From the NCBI GenBank assembly GCA_964234715.1, contig OZ174277.1: 64,000 bases of DNA; one strand, written 5' to 3'. A program made the position numbers and the translations under genes. Below are positions 12,034 to 24,213 of the stretch, in pieces. The notes beneath the pieces are model-generated. The model saw only the letters and a program-made list of their open reading frames with translations. It did no database searches and was not told the origin of the DNA. Origin of the DNA: Podarcis melisellensis (lineage: Eukaryota). Positions within the stretch are counted from its first letter, which is position 1; each line of letters opens with the position of its first letter.

Positions 12034-12823
12034 TTATTATTTATACCCTGCCCATCTGGCTGGGCTTCCCCAGCCACTCTAAACACTCCCTAAACAGGGC
12101 TGCCTTCAGATGTCTTCTAAAAGTCTGGTAGTTGTTGTTCTCTTTGACATCTGGTGGGAGGGCATTCTACAGGGCGTTCCACTACCGAGAAGGCCCTCTG
12201 CCTGGTTCCCTGTAACTTGGCTTCTCGCAGTGAGGGAACCACCAGAAGGCCCTCGGTGCTGGACCTCAGTGTCTAGGTAGAACGATGGGGGTGGAGACAC
12301 TCCTTCAGATATACTGGGTCGAGGCTGTTTAGGGCTTTAAAGGTCAGCACCAACACTTTGAATTGTGCTCAGAAATGTACTGGGAGCTAATGTAGGTCTT
12401 TCAAGACCAGTGTTATATGGTCTCAGCGGCCACTCCCTGTCACCGGTCTAGCTGCCGCATTCTGGATTAGTTGTAGTTTCTGGATCACCTTCAAAGGTAG
12501 CCCCACGTAGAGCGCATTGCAGTAGTCCAAGCGGGAGATAACTAGAGCAAGCACCACTCTGGCGAGACAGTCCGCAGGCAGATAGGGTCTCAGCCTGTGT
12601 ACCAGATGGAGCTGGTAAACAGCTGCCCTGGACACAGATTTGACCTGTGCCTCCATGGACATCTGTGAGTCCAAAATGACTCCCAGGCTGCGCACCTGGT
12701 CTTTCAGGGGCACAGTTACCCCATTCAGGACCAGGGAATCCTCCACACCTGCCCGCCTCCTGTCCCCCCAAAACAGTACTTCTGTCTTGTCAGGATTCAA
12801 CCTCAATCTGTTAGCCGCCATCC
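11980..12823 (-). mobile_element. 5'-truncated L2 LINE with (ATT)n tail
   Basis: ORF 12423-12821 MAANRLRLNPDKTEVL...RSLGVILD...ISRLDYCNALYVGLP...LQLIQNAAAR is the L2 RT C-terminal region. The 3' end runs into an (AAT)n array at 11980-12033. Confidence 0.92.
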
Positions 12824-13470
12824 AAAGGGGAAAGACTCATTGTGCTCAAAAAAGAAGACACTTTTCTCCCCAATCTGCTCTTCTGGAAAAGGGTACAACA
12901 TCCCAGCCTTTCTGAACTACTTCGTACAGTTCATGGCTATTTATTTATCTGATTTGTATCCTACTTTTATTCCATGGAGGTCCAGATTCACATTTAGAAG
13001 GTTCCTAGGCAATCTCCCACCCAGGCACTGACAAAACCCAGACCTTCAAACCATGCTTTGTGGTCACAATAATCTGTCCGATGTTTAGATGTGTTCAGCT
13101 TGAATATAGGCAATCCAGGACACTCTTCTTGAGCTCCCTTCTACTTTAGGGAAACTTATTTTTTCTCCTGGTAGAAACATAGCACAGCCTTGACTCTCAC
13201 ACTAGCAGGATCAAGAAAAAAGAAAAATAAAGAAAAAGAGAGCATAGGATGGTATGTGCTGTTTCTTGCACCTGCATGATACCAGGTGACAGGATATCAC
13301 AACAGCAAGAACAGGCATGCCAGTGGTATACCTGTCTAAGTTAAAGCTAGCCTGCCTGTTTTCACCCATTTGTTACTGAAAGACATGAGGGCTCAGCTAA
13401 CATTTTGCCAGTTCTTGTAGAGAGAGGAAAGGGGAGGAAACACCACCAAGCACTGTTAATTAAATATTTG

Positions 13471-13533
13471 ACATTTGTTTAAACGAATGCAACATTTGCT
13501 TAAACGAATGCAACATTTGCTTAAACGAATGCA
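13471..13533. repeat. 21-bp tandem repeat (ACATTTGCTTAAACGAATGCA) x3
   Basis: Three directly visible near-identical units. Confidence 0.9.
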
Positions 13534-13845
13534 AACTCTGTATGGTGCTTTTCCAACACCCAAGTTGACCCCAAAGAGGCGCACAACCATAATAGAGCAT
13601 TAAGAAAGAAAAACAAGACACGCCTAATACAAAAGAAATGAGGACTGTGTTGAGTAGCGGTTAGAGTGTCAGACTACGACCAGGTCATAGAAAAACCATA
13701 GAATTCTAGAGTTGGAATAGCAAAAAACAAAAAAAAACCCAAATGAATCACACTGGATATAAATCACACTGGATATATGTTAGGAATGCCAATGCAGGAA
13801 GAAACATAAAAACCATCAATCAAGCCACTGCTATCTCTTACCTAA

Positions 13846-13989
13846 CATAGAATCATAGAGTCACAGAATTGTAGAGTTGGAAGGGACCACAAGGGTCATC
13901 TAGTCCAACTCTCTGCGATGCAGGAATCTTTTGCCAAACATGGGGCTCAAACCCACAACCCTGAGATTCAAAGCCTCATGTTCTATGAC
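13846..13989 (-). mobile_element. tRNA-Lys-derived SINE with CR1-type tail
   Basis: Partial tRNA-Lys head plus the CR1 3' end (CCCTTCCAACTCTACAATTCT...ATTCTATG). Confidence 0.8.
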
Positions 13990-15680
13990 ATACAGCAAGG
14001 TGTGCATTCTAGAAAGGCTGTGCTAACTGGCTGTCCTTAACATATAACGGCGCACATCGAATGAAAAAGAGAAAGGGAAGGAAGAAGGGATATTTCTAGA
14101 AAGCTGACCAGAAAGAATGATAAAATGTTTCTCATTTTTCTGCAATGAGCTTTCAACTTGGTATTTACAGAACATAATTCCATAGAATTGGCCATAGATT
14201 TTCAGCAGTTATTGTGACAATGGCTGTTTAGAATCTGGAGTGTCTCAAGAATCAATAGGACTCAAAGTTCAGTCACTAGCTCTTCCCTGAATATCCAGGA
14301 CTGGCTAGGATGAATTAGCAAATGCCCCCTCCCTCCACCCCAAGCCAGTCAAGATATTCTGGCATGTGCCACAGATCCCACAAGTGCTCATTGTTCTCCC
14401 TGGCATTAAAAAGTCAATAATTTGAAATGAAATAATGAACCCTCCACAACACAAAGTACCTGCTGCCTGAGGTGGCTGCCCCATTCTGCCTAATGGTAGA
14501 GCCAGGCCTGGTTATGCTTGTTTATGTGCTTCCCAATAAATAGTCCTTCCATGTCTGCCTTGGGGCATTTGGACTGCTGTTGTTCATGTAATTGATGTTT
14601 GTATGGAGACAGAACATTTTCCAGACTGCTCTGCAATTCATATTAAACCCGGCGCTTTCATTCTTTGCCTTTTTACTCTGATTTGCAGTGTCTGTTGGAA
14701 GTCGGGATTCAGATTATCTCCAAATATATTAATATCTAAATAAGGCTGTTGCTTCAGTAATCAAACTATAACCTCATTTATAAGATCAAGGAGACTGGCT
14801 TTTAAAACTTTTATTATCTGCTGATGGGGAGCATTTTTCTCTTTTCCAACTCGTTCAATTTTATAGCCATCCATTGCAAAAAGTCAGGGCAAAGTGCAGA
14901 AATAACTGGAAGTACTCAAAATGTAATACCTTATTTGCTAGATAAACAAATCTACAGTATATGTTTCCTTTCCCATAAGATACTGAAGCTGCACTTCTTA
15001 CCACAGAGAGTACTAGTTTCTGAAATCAATAGAGCTTATTTCTAAATAATGAGTTCAGGATTAGGTTTTCAACTCATTAAAATATGAAAGAATTTCCTGA
15101 ATTGCAGGATGTGATGCAGAGGATTCCCTCTTCTCCATGTACATGTTGTAGTGCGAAGTAAACATATGAACTGACTCCGTTCTCCAGAATATTGATTACA
15201 AATGATCAAAGAATCATAGCACCCTTGATGAGGCTTCTCTTTTATTGGGTGGAAATGAAAATCAAGAGAAAGACAGATAGGAACAAGACTGGGTAATCAA
15301 TCTTACTCCTAGTGGAGGAACTTTAGCTATTCAAGCTGGAAACATTTGTGGATAGTAAGAGAAACTCCTACCATTCACTGCAACGAAACAAGGAACTCTT
15401 GAACCTTTCTGGCTATCAAGCCTCACATGAATTTCAATGTTTACATTGATGCTAATGGTGTGTGTTTTGGTAACAAGTTAATTAAAACAAGCTCTGTAGC
15501 TGCTAGAAGTTTCCTTGTATCCAAGGCATGAAGCTCTGCAGGTTTCAACAGATGACCTTCTTAGTCAATTGCTTGATTTCGGAGGAGTGAAGAACTCTAG
15601 AAGAAATTGGCTAGTTGAGCCTCCTATAAGAAGTCTGGGTTGGATAGAGGCAATTTGAAAGAACACAAGACTTCTTGTTA

Positions 15681-15812
15681 TCATATAATTGTAAGGGACC
15701 ATGAGGGTCATCTAGTACAACACCTTGCAATGCTGAAATGTTTTGCTCAATGTGGGGCTCAAACCTAGACCCTCAGATTAAGAGTCCTGTGCTCTACCAA
15801 CTGAGCTATCCC
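15681..15812 (-). mobile_element. tRNA-Lys(CTT)-derived SINE with CR1-type tail
   Basis: Minus strand GGGATAGCTCAGTTGGTAGAGCACAGGACTCTTAATCTGAGGGTCTAGGTTTGAGCCCCACATTGAGC is a diverged tRNA-Lys(CTT), followed by a CR1-like tail. Confidence 0.85.
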
Positions 15813-17655
15813 ACTGCATAACTCAGCAACATATTGACCGGAAACAGCTACATGGACAAAATGTACCCCTGTGGTAGCTAATGTGATGCCCTCCAAATGC
15901 TGCTGGACTACATCACCCATCATCCCTCACCATTGTCTATGCCGACTGAGGGTGAAGGGAGCTGTAGTTCCAATAAAATCTGGAAACCATCACGTTGACT
16001 ATACCTGACTATCGGCACATATAATTACAATATGAACTATGAAATGTGCATCGTGGCTGTTACATTTAGTAGCTTTGCTTAGCTGGAATCAGTGTACAAA
16101 GCCATTTTTCATTTTGTGTGATTGCCAGCTGAAGTCCTCATGAGCATTGTTGAGCCTATGGAATGACCAAACAACTGTGACTAACATATAAATTATGTTC
16201 CTGTCACATTGTGATGCTATCATTTTCTGAGAAACAACTCAAGACAAATGAGGCAAAATCAATTTAAGAAGTTCTCAGGGGGATAAAATACAAGCCTGGA
16301 GACTTGGGGAGGAAATGTACAGAACCATATTCTGTCTGAAAACTGCAAAATCCTGTTCATTTTATCCTTGCTTTAAGTCCCGCCACCCATCCAGAATACT
16401 AAAAAATAAATACAAAATCTTTCTCTCAGCTTGCCAGGCTTGGCAGTCTTGAGCACCACTTACTCAACTGAAATAAATTAAACATATATCAATTAAAGTG
16501 GAGGAATGTGAATAATGGGAGGATTAATAAGGAATTATCATATATCACAAGCAAGTTAAATCCCTTTAATATAAGTAATTCCTATGAGAAAAATTAAAGT
16601 GTCTCATTTTACCACACTCACCTTGGCATTCTATGTTTATGCACATTTCTTTATGAAGATCCTTTTAATCATCATATGAAATGAACTGCGATGTCATTTA
16701 AGTGATTTTTATCTCATTCATTTAAGTTTATTGATTTGTATCCTGCCACTTGGGAAATCAAGGTAAAATGCTCTTTTGCTTTTTCCAGACTGACTTTCCC
16801 AGAAGTACCTTCCAAACTGATCCACCAGAAAAACCTTTTGTAAAAAGCTCCCCCACATCACAGATTATCAAAATTCCACGTGATCACAGAGCTTATGTGT
16901 TTAGAGCAGCCCTCCCCCCAATCTGATGCCATCCAGATGTTGTACTACAGCTCCAATAACCCCTGACCACTTCAAATGAAAGTTGTCGTCCAAGCCATCC
17001 AGAGGACACTATATTGGGGGAAACTAGGAGAGTGCTTTAATTGTTATCCTGAAATTTTCAGCAAAGTACACAATATGCCATACTTCTAAATTCTCTAAAC
17101 TAGCAATGAGCAATCTATCACCCTCCAGATGTTGCTCAACTCAATTCTCATAATTCCTGGCCATTGGCCATGCTGTCTAGGGCTGATGATTGTTGTAGCC
17201 CAACATCTGGAGGACTTCTCAAGTTCTGTATCCCTACTCTAAACCATCATTTAAGTAAAGAAGGACCGAGAGAGAGGAATTTAGAGAAGCTATGATATGT
17301 TAAATTTGCCAAACACTATAGGTTTTATGCTCTCCATAAATAGAATAGCCTAAAAGTTATTTGTTGAAATATTGTAATACTTTTTCAAAGAAAGACCTGC
17401 AGTGGAGACTTGGGAGTCGTAAGTCCAGTGACTGAGTTTAAAATACTGTAGATTACACTTCACTGCTAATAGATCTTCTTTGTTCATTTGCTGTGTGACA
17501 TTTACAACACACCGTGGCACCATTAGTGTTGTATTTCATCCACAGTCTTCACAGATTTCACAGTTTCTTCATGGGAGGTCCCCTGCAAATCTGGCCCACT
17601 TATTTCAAATTGCTACACAACTGTTGCTGAAGAACAAAGTCAATACAGTTGGCTT

Positions 17656-17831
17656 AAGGGGTTCCAACTTCAATAAAATATTGGGGGGGGCAGGTAAGCC
17701 CTGCCCCACATAATCAATCTTAAGACACAGCACACACTTGGCATTTGAATGGCTGGTGGGTGATTGGGCCCCTCAAATATTTTCTTGAAGGAGACGGAAT
17801 GGATTTCAGCCCCTAGGTTTTGGCTCCTATG
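17656..17831. mobile_element. Non-autonomous hAT-like element
   Basis: Perfect 8-bp TSD GTTGGCTT (17648-17655 / 17832-17839); inverted sister copy at 44267-44456. Confidence 0.88.
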
Positions 17832-18360
17832 GTTGGCTTTTTGTGGGGAGAGTGTGATAGGTGTGTGAACACTGCGAGAAACTTCTTATCCAATGAGACT
17901 GACTCTCCCATTCACCTTCCTCTCACACACCTCCATGGGTCGGAGTCAGTGGTAGGAATAGTGGGGTGCAGGAAAAGTGACTTTCATTTAAAGAAAGGAG
18001 AAACCTGTCCCAACTTACTTAAAAAAAAAAGTATAGTGAATGTGAAGGTTTCAACAGAGCAGAGCCCATCCTCCAGTGAAACACCTGAGGCCCCACTGGG
18101 CTTGATGAGAATACTCTTCCCATTGAAATGAATACTTAACCTTGAAAATGAAATGACTGCTTTGGCTTTTGATGTTATTATAATTAGTCAGATTTCTATT
18201 TGGACAAAAGAGCTCAATTCACAGTGGATTGTAGACCTATTAATAAAAAGAGCTTTTATGCACTGAGGTATGAGAAACAGGACACCTCTTCCGATATTAC
18301 AATGGAAAAAGATAACCAGAGCATCATTTCCTGCTGGATAGAAGATCAACTAGGCCTCCC

Positions 18361-18676
18361 CAAGGCCAGCCCATGATGCTTTGCCACTTAAGGCAAATGA
18401 GAAAATGGCAGCCCTGCCACCTTCTCCACCCCTGCCTGAGGTGACTGGAGGCAGCCTGGGAAAGCCCTGGCACACTGAAGGCAGCAGGGGAGAAATAGGA
18501 GGTCAGAGAGGAGCAAGCAGTGGTGGGGCCGTGGTGGCAGAGGAGGTGGGTGACAATCGCAGGAGGTGGTGAGTGGCAGACTCCTTGGAGGCCTGGATCT
18601 GCCACCCCTCCCAGCTGTCCCCAGCCTGACACCTGAAGTGACTGCCTCACTGAGCCTCATGGATGGATTGGGCCTG
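18361..18676. mobile_element. Non-autonomous hAT-like element
   Basis: TSD GGCCTCCC/GGCTTCCC; ends resemble those of 4847-5137 in reverse orientation. Confidence 0.75.
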
Positions 18677-18950
18677 GGCTTCCCCATTGTCCCTGGAGCC
18701 ATCCTTTGCCTGCTACACACTCCTTTTCCCCCATGATAAGTCTGTCCTCCCCTTCAGAGAGGCGGGCGGGCAGAGGAATGCTGGCACTGGATTCTTCAAG
18801 CATTAAGTTGAATGGAAAGCCCAGTGCAAGTGGCTGCTTGCCCAGAATCAGGACACGAGACCGTTTCCATTGACTACCAGCAAGTGGTATTCAATGGCAC
18901 CACATGAAGCCACTTGTTGAATTGAAAAAATCAGAAAAGAAGCGCACTTG

Positions 18951-19224
18951 TGTCTGAAAGATACTGGCAGTTACTAACACACTGCCAAAGTTCCACTGAA
19001 ACCACCAAGTATTTGAACAGAACAGCCAATACTCTGAATGATCCTATCCATCTTTGGCGACAGCACTGATTTCCCAGGACAGTTTGCAATTTACTTCCCT
19101 TAAGGCAACTTCACAAGTGACACTTAAGAATGCCTTTCTTCCAGGAGCTACATTTTAAAAAACTAGCGAGTTAGTTTACTACATCGTGTAATACAGAAAG
19201 ATTTAAATTTTGATTGTGAATGCT
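18951..19224 (+). repeat. Diverged non-coding direct duplication, copy 1
   Basis: Collinear similarity with 19912-20171 through blocks CTGAAAGAT.CTGGCA, CCACCAAGTA, GAATGATC..ATCCATCTTT and CAGTTTGC.ATTTACTT. Confidence 0.85.
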
Positions 19225-19239
19225 GGTCCATCAAAATAG

Positions 19240-19440
19240 AGGCTCCCTGCGGCCATTGTGACTAGTAGCCATTGATGAACTCTTCCTCCACAAATTTATC
19301 CAATTCCTCCTTAAATCCATCAAAGCTAGCGGCTATCACCAAATCTTGCGGCAGCAAATCCAAGAAATGAATAAGGCACTGTAAAGAAGTATTTACTTTT
19401 GGCTGTCCTGAGTTTTCTGCCAATCAGCATTATTGAATGA
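19240..19440 (-). mobile_element. CR1 LINE 3' fragment
   Basis: Minus strand GATGGATTTAAGGAGGAATTGGATAAATTTGTGGAGGAAGAG reads DGFKEELDKFVEE, the CR1 ORF2 end. Confidence 0.75.
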
Positions 19441-19911
19441 GCCCAAGAGATGGGGAAAGTCAGACCTTATCAACAAGCCAACCAATCAGCTAAGGTCCTT
19501 GCAACCACTAAATCTTTCATTGCAGCAGAACATCTACTAGAAGCACTCTGAGCTGTTCAATTTCACTTGAGCTTCTGCCTTGCCAATGATTGAGCAAGTG
19601 CTTTAGAACTTAAAAAGGTAGAAAACAACAACAACACACAGCTATCTATGAAACATTTAGCTTGACTGTTGAAGTAGTGTTCTCCTGAAATTTTCGACTA
19701 CAACTCCCATTAACCTCAGCCAACTCTAGTCCAAAATATCTTTGGGCTGCCATACATCCGGATTTCCTTGGATCTTAGGCAAGTTTTTGGGTTTTTTTTT
19801 AAAAAATTAAAAAATAAATAAAAGCTCAACAACTTTCAGGGTATCCTAAATATCTGGATAGCACCAGATTGTGGAAGGCTGACTTAAGGATCATTGAGAA
19901 AGCATATTTAA

Positions 19912-20171
19912 TGCCTGAAAGATGCTGGCATTTCTAATATATTGTTGAAGTTCTGTTCCACCAAGTACTTGGGCAGTCAATGTTTGGAATGATCACATCC
20001 ATCTTTTGTCGACAATACCAGTTGCCCAGAACAGTTTGCCATTTACTTTCCTGAAAGCCTTTTACACAAATGGAGGTTAAAAATGCATTTCTTTCAGTAA
20101 CCATATCTTAAAAGCTCACGAGTAAGGTGGAACACAGACAAATTGAGAATTTAAATGTGAACGTTGTTGCT
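19912..20171 (+). repeat. Diverged non-coding direct duplication, copy 2
   Basis: Collinear similarity with 18951-19224. Confidence 0.85.
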
Positions 20172-20294
20172 TCAAAATGTGGGCATTTAAATACAGGTGT
20201 TCTTTGTTCTCCTTCTACAGACAAGTTCTTAAACATGTGCTCTTAACTGCCAACTTCACATTTGGGAAACAGAGCTTCTGGATTTTTCATGCTC

Positions 20295-20682
20295 AACTAA
20301 AGATTGGTGAATCTGTTGATTTTGGTTTCCTTTGGTTTCTCATTTTCAGCATTCCATGTTTCCACACAGATTGGCAAATTTTTTGAACCAAAGACTTCTC
20401 ATGAAAATTCCTCAACATTTTAATGCAAATTTCTCCTAATACACACATTTTGGAAAGGCTATTTCCCTTAATGCAATGCACTTCTGTATGTTCGCTAACA
20501 TATGCATTTATTTATTTTTGCACGCTTCACCCCAGTGTATTTTTGTACCCATTAATTGGTTGAAGAACTGCTTTGCAAATTTCGACAAAATACAAATTTC
20601 AAAGGATAGCTGTGTTTCAAAAAGCGCAAATTAGGTAGGTTCGCCTTCAGATGCTCACTGAATTCCATTTCACCCTCATCTG
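20295..20682. repeat. Unclassified interspersed repeat (probable non-autonomous DNA element)
   Basis: Related partial copies at ~36600-36827 and ~59225-59450 (inverted). Confidence 0.6.
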
Positions 20683-22218
20683 TGAGCAACATATAACTTC
20701 ACGTGGAGCAGAGAGCGAGGTCACACCCGTTGGCCATTATCCTCACCATGACATTGCCTGATGGGCCTGCCCAACAGCACCCACACATTGGTGGAAGGTC
20801 TCAAGTGGGGAGCCTGATCTATGTGCATAATCTGGCCCTCGGATGTAGAACACAATTCTGTGTGAGAATTAGTGCAATGCCATAATAATATAGGAAACGT
20901 AATTCAGTTTTGTCTATGAAATCTTAAGCAACTCAAACAATAATGCTTTTTAAAGGAAGCATTTCCCCCCTTCTCTTCTCCAGATGATTATTAAGTTTAG
21001 CAACAAGGTTGACAAGGGAAAAAAAGAACGGAAATTAAAAGCTGTAGACTTCTTATCCTGCTTTCTTATCTCTCATACTCTTTTTTTTATTATTATCAGG
21101 TTTGTATCCTTTGGCGTTGCACATCCACGGGCCCCTGTTATGTGATGTTGCCATAGGTGCTGCTTCTGTTCTTTGCAGTGAACGAGCATCAAAGAGCAAA
21201 CGTCTCCAAGATTTTGTTCTTGCCTGCTTTCATTGTGAAGCTCACATTATTGCCAAAGACACTGGGAATACTTCTTGGCCTGCTTTGTAAACTCCCTGCT
21301 TATGCCGTGCTAAACTATAGCTGTAAGCAAAGCAAATGCTGAGCAGGGATATGTGGCTACAGGGAAATCAAACCCTTACTAAAACGGCAGAAGGAGCCCC
21401 CCAGCACCAGTATTTTGTAGAGCTAACAGCAATAAGTTGTACCTTTCTCATTTGCCACAAAGTTCCAAACGTTTAGTTTCTTTATGATTTATTTGGCTTT
21501 ATTTGGGTCTCAGTTCATCCTGTTGTTGTTACTTTGTGCTACTTTCATATGGATAGTAGTCCCCTTTGTTAAACACTAGCTTGGCCTGATGAACTGCATA
21601 CATATTGTTATGAGGTTGGTTTTTTTTGTGTAGGAGTAGGCTGTGTGCCTGAACCTCCTTCTAATTCCCAGACACAGCAAGTGTTAAAATCTAAACAAGG
21701 ATTCAAATGTTGAAATAGCCAGGCAAGTCTTTTGGTAATGGCCCTCTAAGTATGGGGGCCACTAAGGTTACAAAAGAAGTGGCTCTGTGCCAGATAACAA
21801 ATGGGTCTAACTCACTGGTAGTTAGAAAGACAAAGGCCAGAGCTGGAAGTTTTGAATCAGGTAAGATAGAAGATAGAAGCAAGGTTGTGGATTGGCCACT
21901 GAGAGTGTTTGAATCTCTCTTTCAATATACAGACTGTCTGAATATATTCTATATACCACAAAGGGAAGATAGTCATCTTTCTGTATCAAGTGAGGATGCA
22001 GTTTCTTAACTACCATATAATGTCCGTCCGTCCCTGAAAGACATAAGTTATGGATTCTTTCCACCCTCGCTTCTTCTAGTTGCAGAGCCACACTTTCTCA
22101 CCTTCTGAATGAGAATAGAGTTCCTCTTTTGTCTAGTGCCTTGTGCCTGACCATTTCATTTTCACATCTCGAGGCATTCTACATTTGGAAAGCCTGCGTC
22201 TGTTCAGTGAGTCACTCT

Positions 22219-22861
22219 CCTATGTGAGTGGCATGTTCTTGCTGCCTCAAAATCATAGGAACATATATTTGTGGAGTCCAATAATAATTTCAAAGAGAAG
22301 GTGTTTGAGAGAATATTTGAAAATCTGGTAGTCCAGTGTGCAAAAGCAACTTGCGTGGCAAGTCCCCTCCCCCATGTGAAATGAAGACACTGGACACATT
22401 ATTTAAGGTTAATGGGCATAAAAAGGCCACAACTTTTATTGATTACAGAATTGAAAGGTATTGGCCTTAGGCATTGGCTCCTATCGACAACCCGGCATAG
22501 AGACCGGGAAGGGTTATCCACAAGCTGTGGGAGTCCTGTTGAAGTACGCCAACTAGGATCCCACGGGTGTCACCGCTCAGGGGCGTGCCGGAGGCCCTTA
22601 CCTCCCTAGGTTTCGGACAAGGCAACGCCCCCCGGAGTCCTCTACTGGACTACCCTTTTCATTGGGGGAAGGTGATGGCGCTTCCTTCCCCCCATTCATT
22701 TGCATAACAATCAACCCCTGCCAATGCCTATGTGAGTGGCATGTTCTTGCTGCCTCAAAATCATAGGAACATATATTTGTGGAGTCCAATAATAATTTCA
22801 AAGAGAAGGTATTTGAGAGAATATTTGAAAATCTGCTAGTCCAGTGTGCAAAAGCAACTTG
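22219..22861. repeat. 135-bp direct repeats (22219-22353, 22727-22861) flanking a 373-bp mobile-element-like insert
   Basis: The copies differ at only 2 positions; the insert is homologous to 62566-62665 in the opposite orientation. Confidence 0.95.
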
Positions 22862-23518
22862 TGGAACCTTTAAACAACAATATTTCTGGTCTTCGCTCAC
22901 TAGAACTCAAATCATGGAATCAAGGATTTGGTTTATGCTCCCCCACTTCCCCATCACTTGCAGGGTGGGGGACACTTGTTTTTATTTTGCTTATCTTGAG
23001 TTGCTGGCTAATTGTTTGAGAACAGTGGGTGGTGGATAAAATAGAAAGCTCACCTCACAATTCCAATTGTGCCAACATCAAAACTGCTGAAGAAAAATAG
23101 AACTTTTAGTCAAACAGGGCTGGCTCTGCTATTAGACACAGTGAGGAAGCTGCCTCGGGTAGTCAGTGCTGGGGTGTGTATGGCAAGCAGTGGCACAGCC
23201 CACCTGACTGCTCCTCTTGACTTCCTCAGCAGAACTAGAGGACCAATCTGTGTGTGCCTTTGCCCCATAAGCAAGTTGTCTGCTCTCAGGAGTGGTGGAG
23301 GACGCTTTCTCATCACCAGTTCCGAAAATGGATTTAACTGCCAGTTTGGTGGGGTTTTATACTTAGACCGAGTATGAAGAAATAACCTTCTCCTTAGATC
23401 TGAGGAGGAAGATAGCCTGGGCTGGCTCTGAAGAATAGAAGTCACAATAGTGTAGAAACCCATTAACAGAGATTGACAGAATGCAATATATTTAATCAGT
23501 AAACAAGCAACCAAGGGT

Positions 23519-23800
23519 CATAGAATCATAGAATTGTAGAGTTGGAAGGGGCCATCTGAGAGACATCTAGTCCAAACTCCTGCAATGCGGAAATCTTAAC
23601 CAAAGCATCCATGGCAGATGATCATCCAGTCTCTGCTTGCAAACCTCTAATGAAGGAGAGTCCACCACTCCCAGGGGAGTCCATCCCACCGTCAAACAGC
23701 TCTTACTGTCAGAATGTTCTTCCTGATGTTTAGTTAGAATCTCCTTTCTTGTAACTTGAAGTCATTATTTTGAGTCCTACCCTCCAGAGCTTGTTCACTT
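23519..23800 (-). mobile_element. CR1 LINE 3' fragment
   Basis: (ATTCTATG)n-type terminus (CATAGAATCATAGAATTG on +) plus the CR1 ORF2 end (RKNILTVRAV). Confidence 0.88.
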
Positions 23801-23989
23801 TTCCATGTCACCAACCTTTTCAGGTCTGTGGTTACATCTGCAGACCCAAGAAACTTTCGTTAGTACCACAGGCACATCACAACTAAGCACATACTGCAAC
23901 CTGTTTTACTGGCTACATTAGAATTAAGCCTAGTTTCAGCAGGGGGTGGGGGTGGAATTTATTTAGGCATGTAGGTTTGTGCATTCCAT

Positions 23990-24213
23990 GTTGGCACCTC
24001 GAGTTACAAATGCCTCAGGTTACAAATGCTTCAGGTTACAAACTCCGCTAACCCAGAAGAGTTACCTCGAGTTGAGAACTTTGTCCCAGGATGAGAACTG
24101 AAATCGTGTGCCGGCGGCACAGCATTAGCAAAAGCACGCCTCTAGTTAAGAACAGTTTCAGGTTAAGAACGGACCTCCGGAACGAATTAAGTTCATAACT
24201 AGAGGTACCACTG
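23990..24213. mobile_element. Tc1/mariner (Tigger-like) MITE
   Basis: Right TIR GAGGTACCACTG followed by TA; internal GGTTACAAA repeats; left TIR degenerate. Confidence 0.75.

Noticed and set aside
15740-15812. Possible tRNA-Lys(CTT) gene
   Set aside because: Stems and T-loop carry many mismatches and the sequence is fused to a CR1-type tail, so it is a SINE head.
20960-21290. Strong polypyrimidine/AG acceptor-like sites (also at 5476, 31683, 51793, 55327)
   Set aside because: No paired donor with an open reading frame, so an exon cannot be supported.
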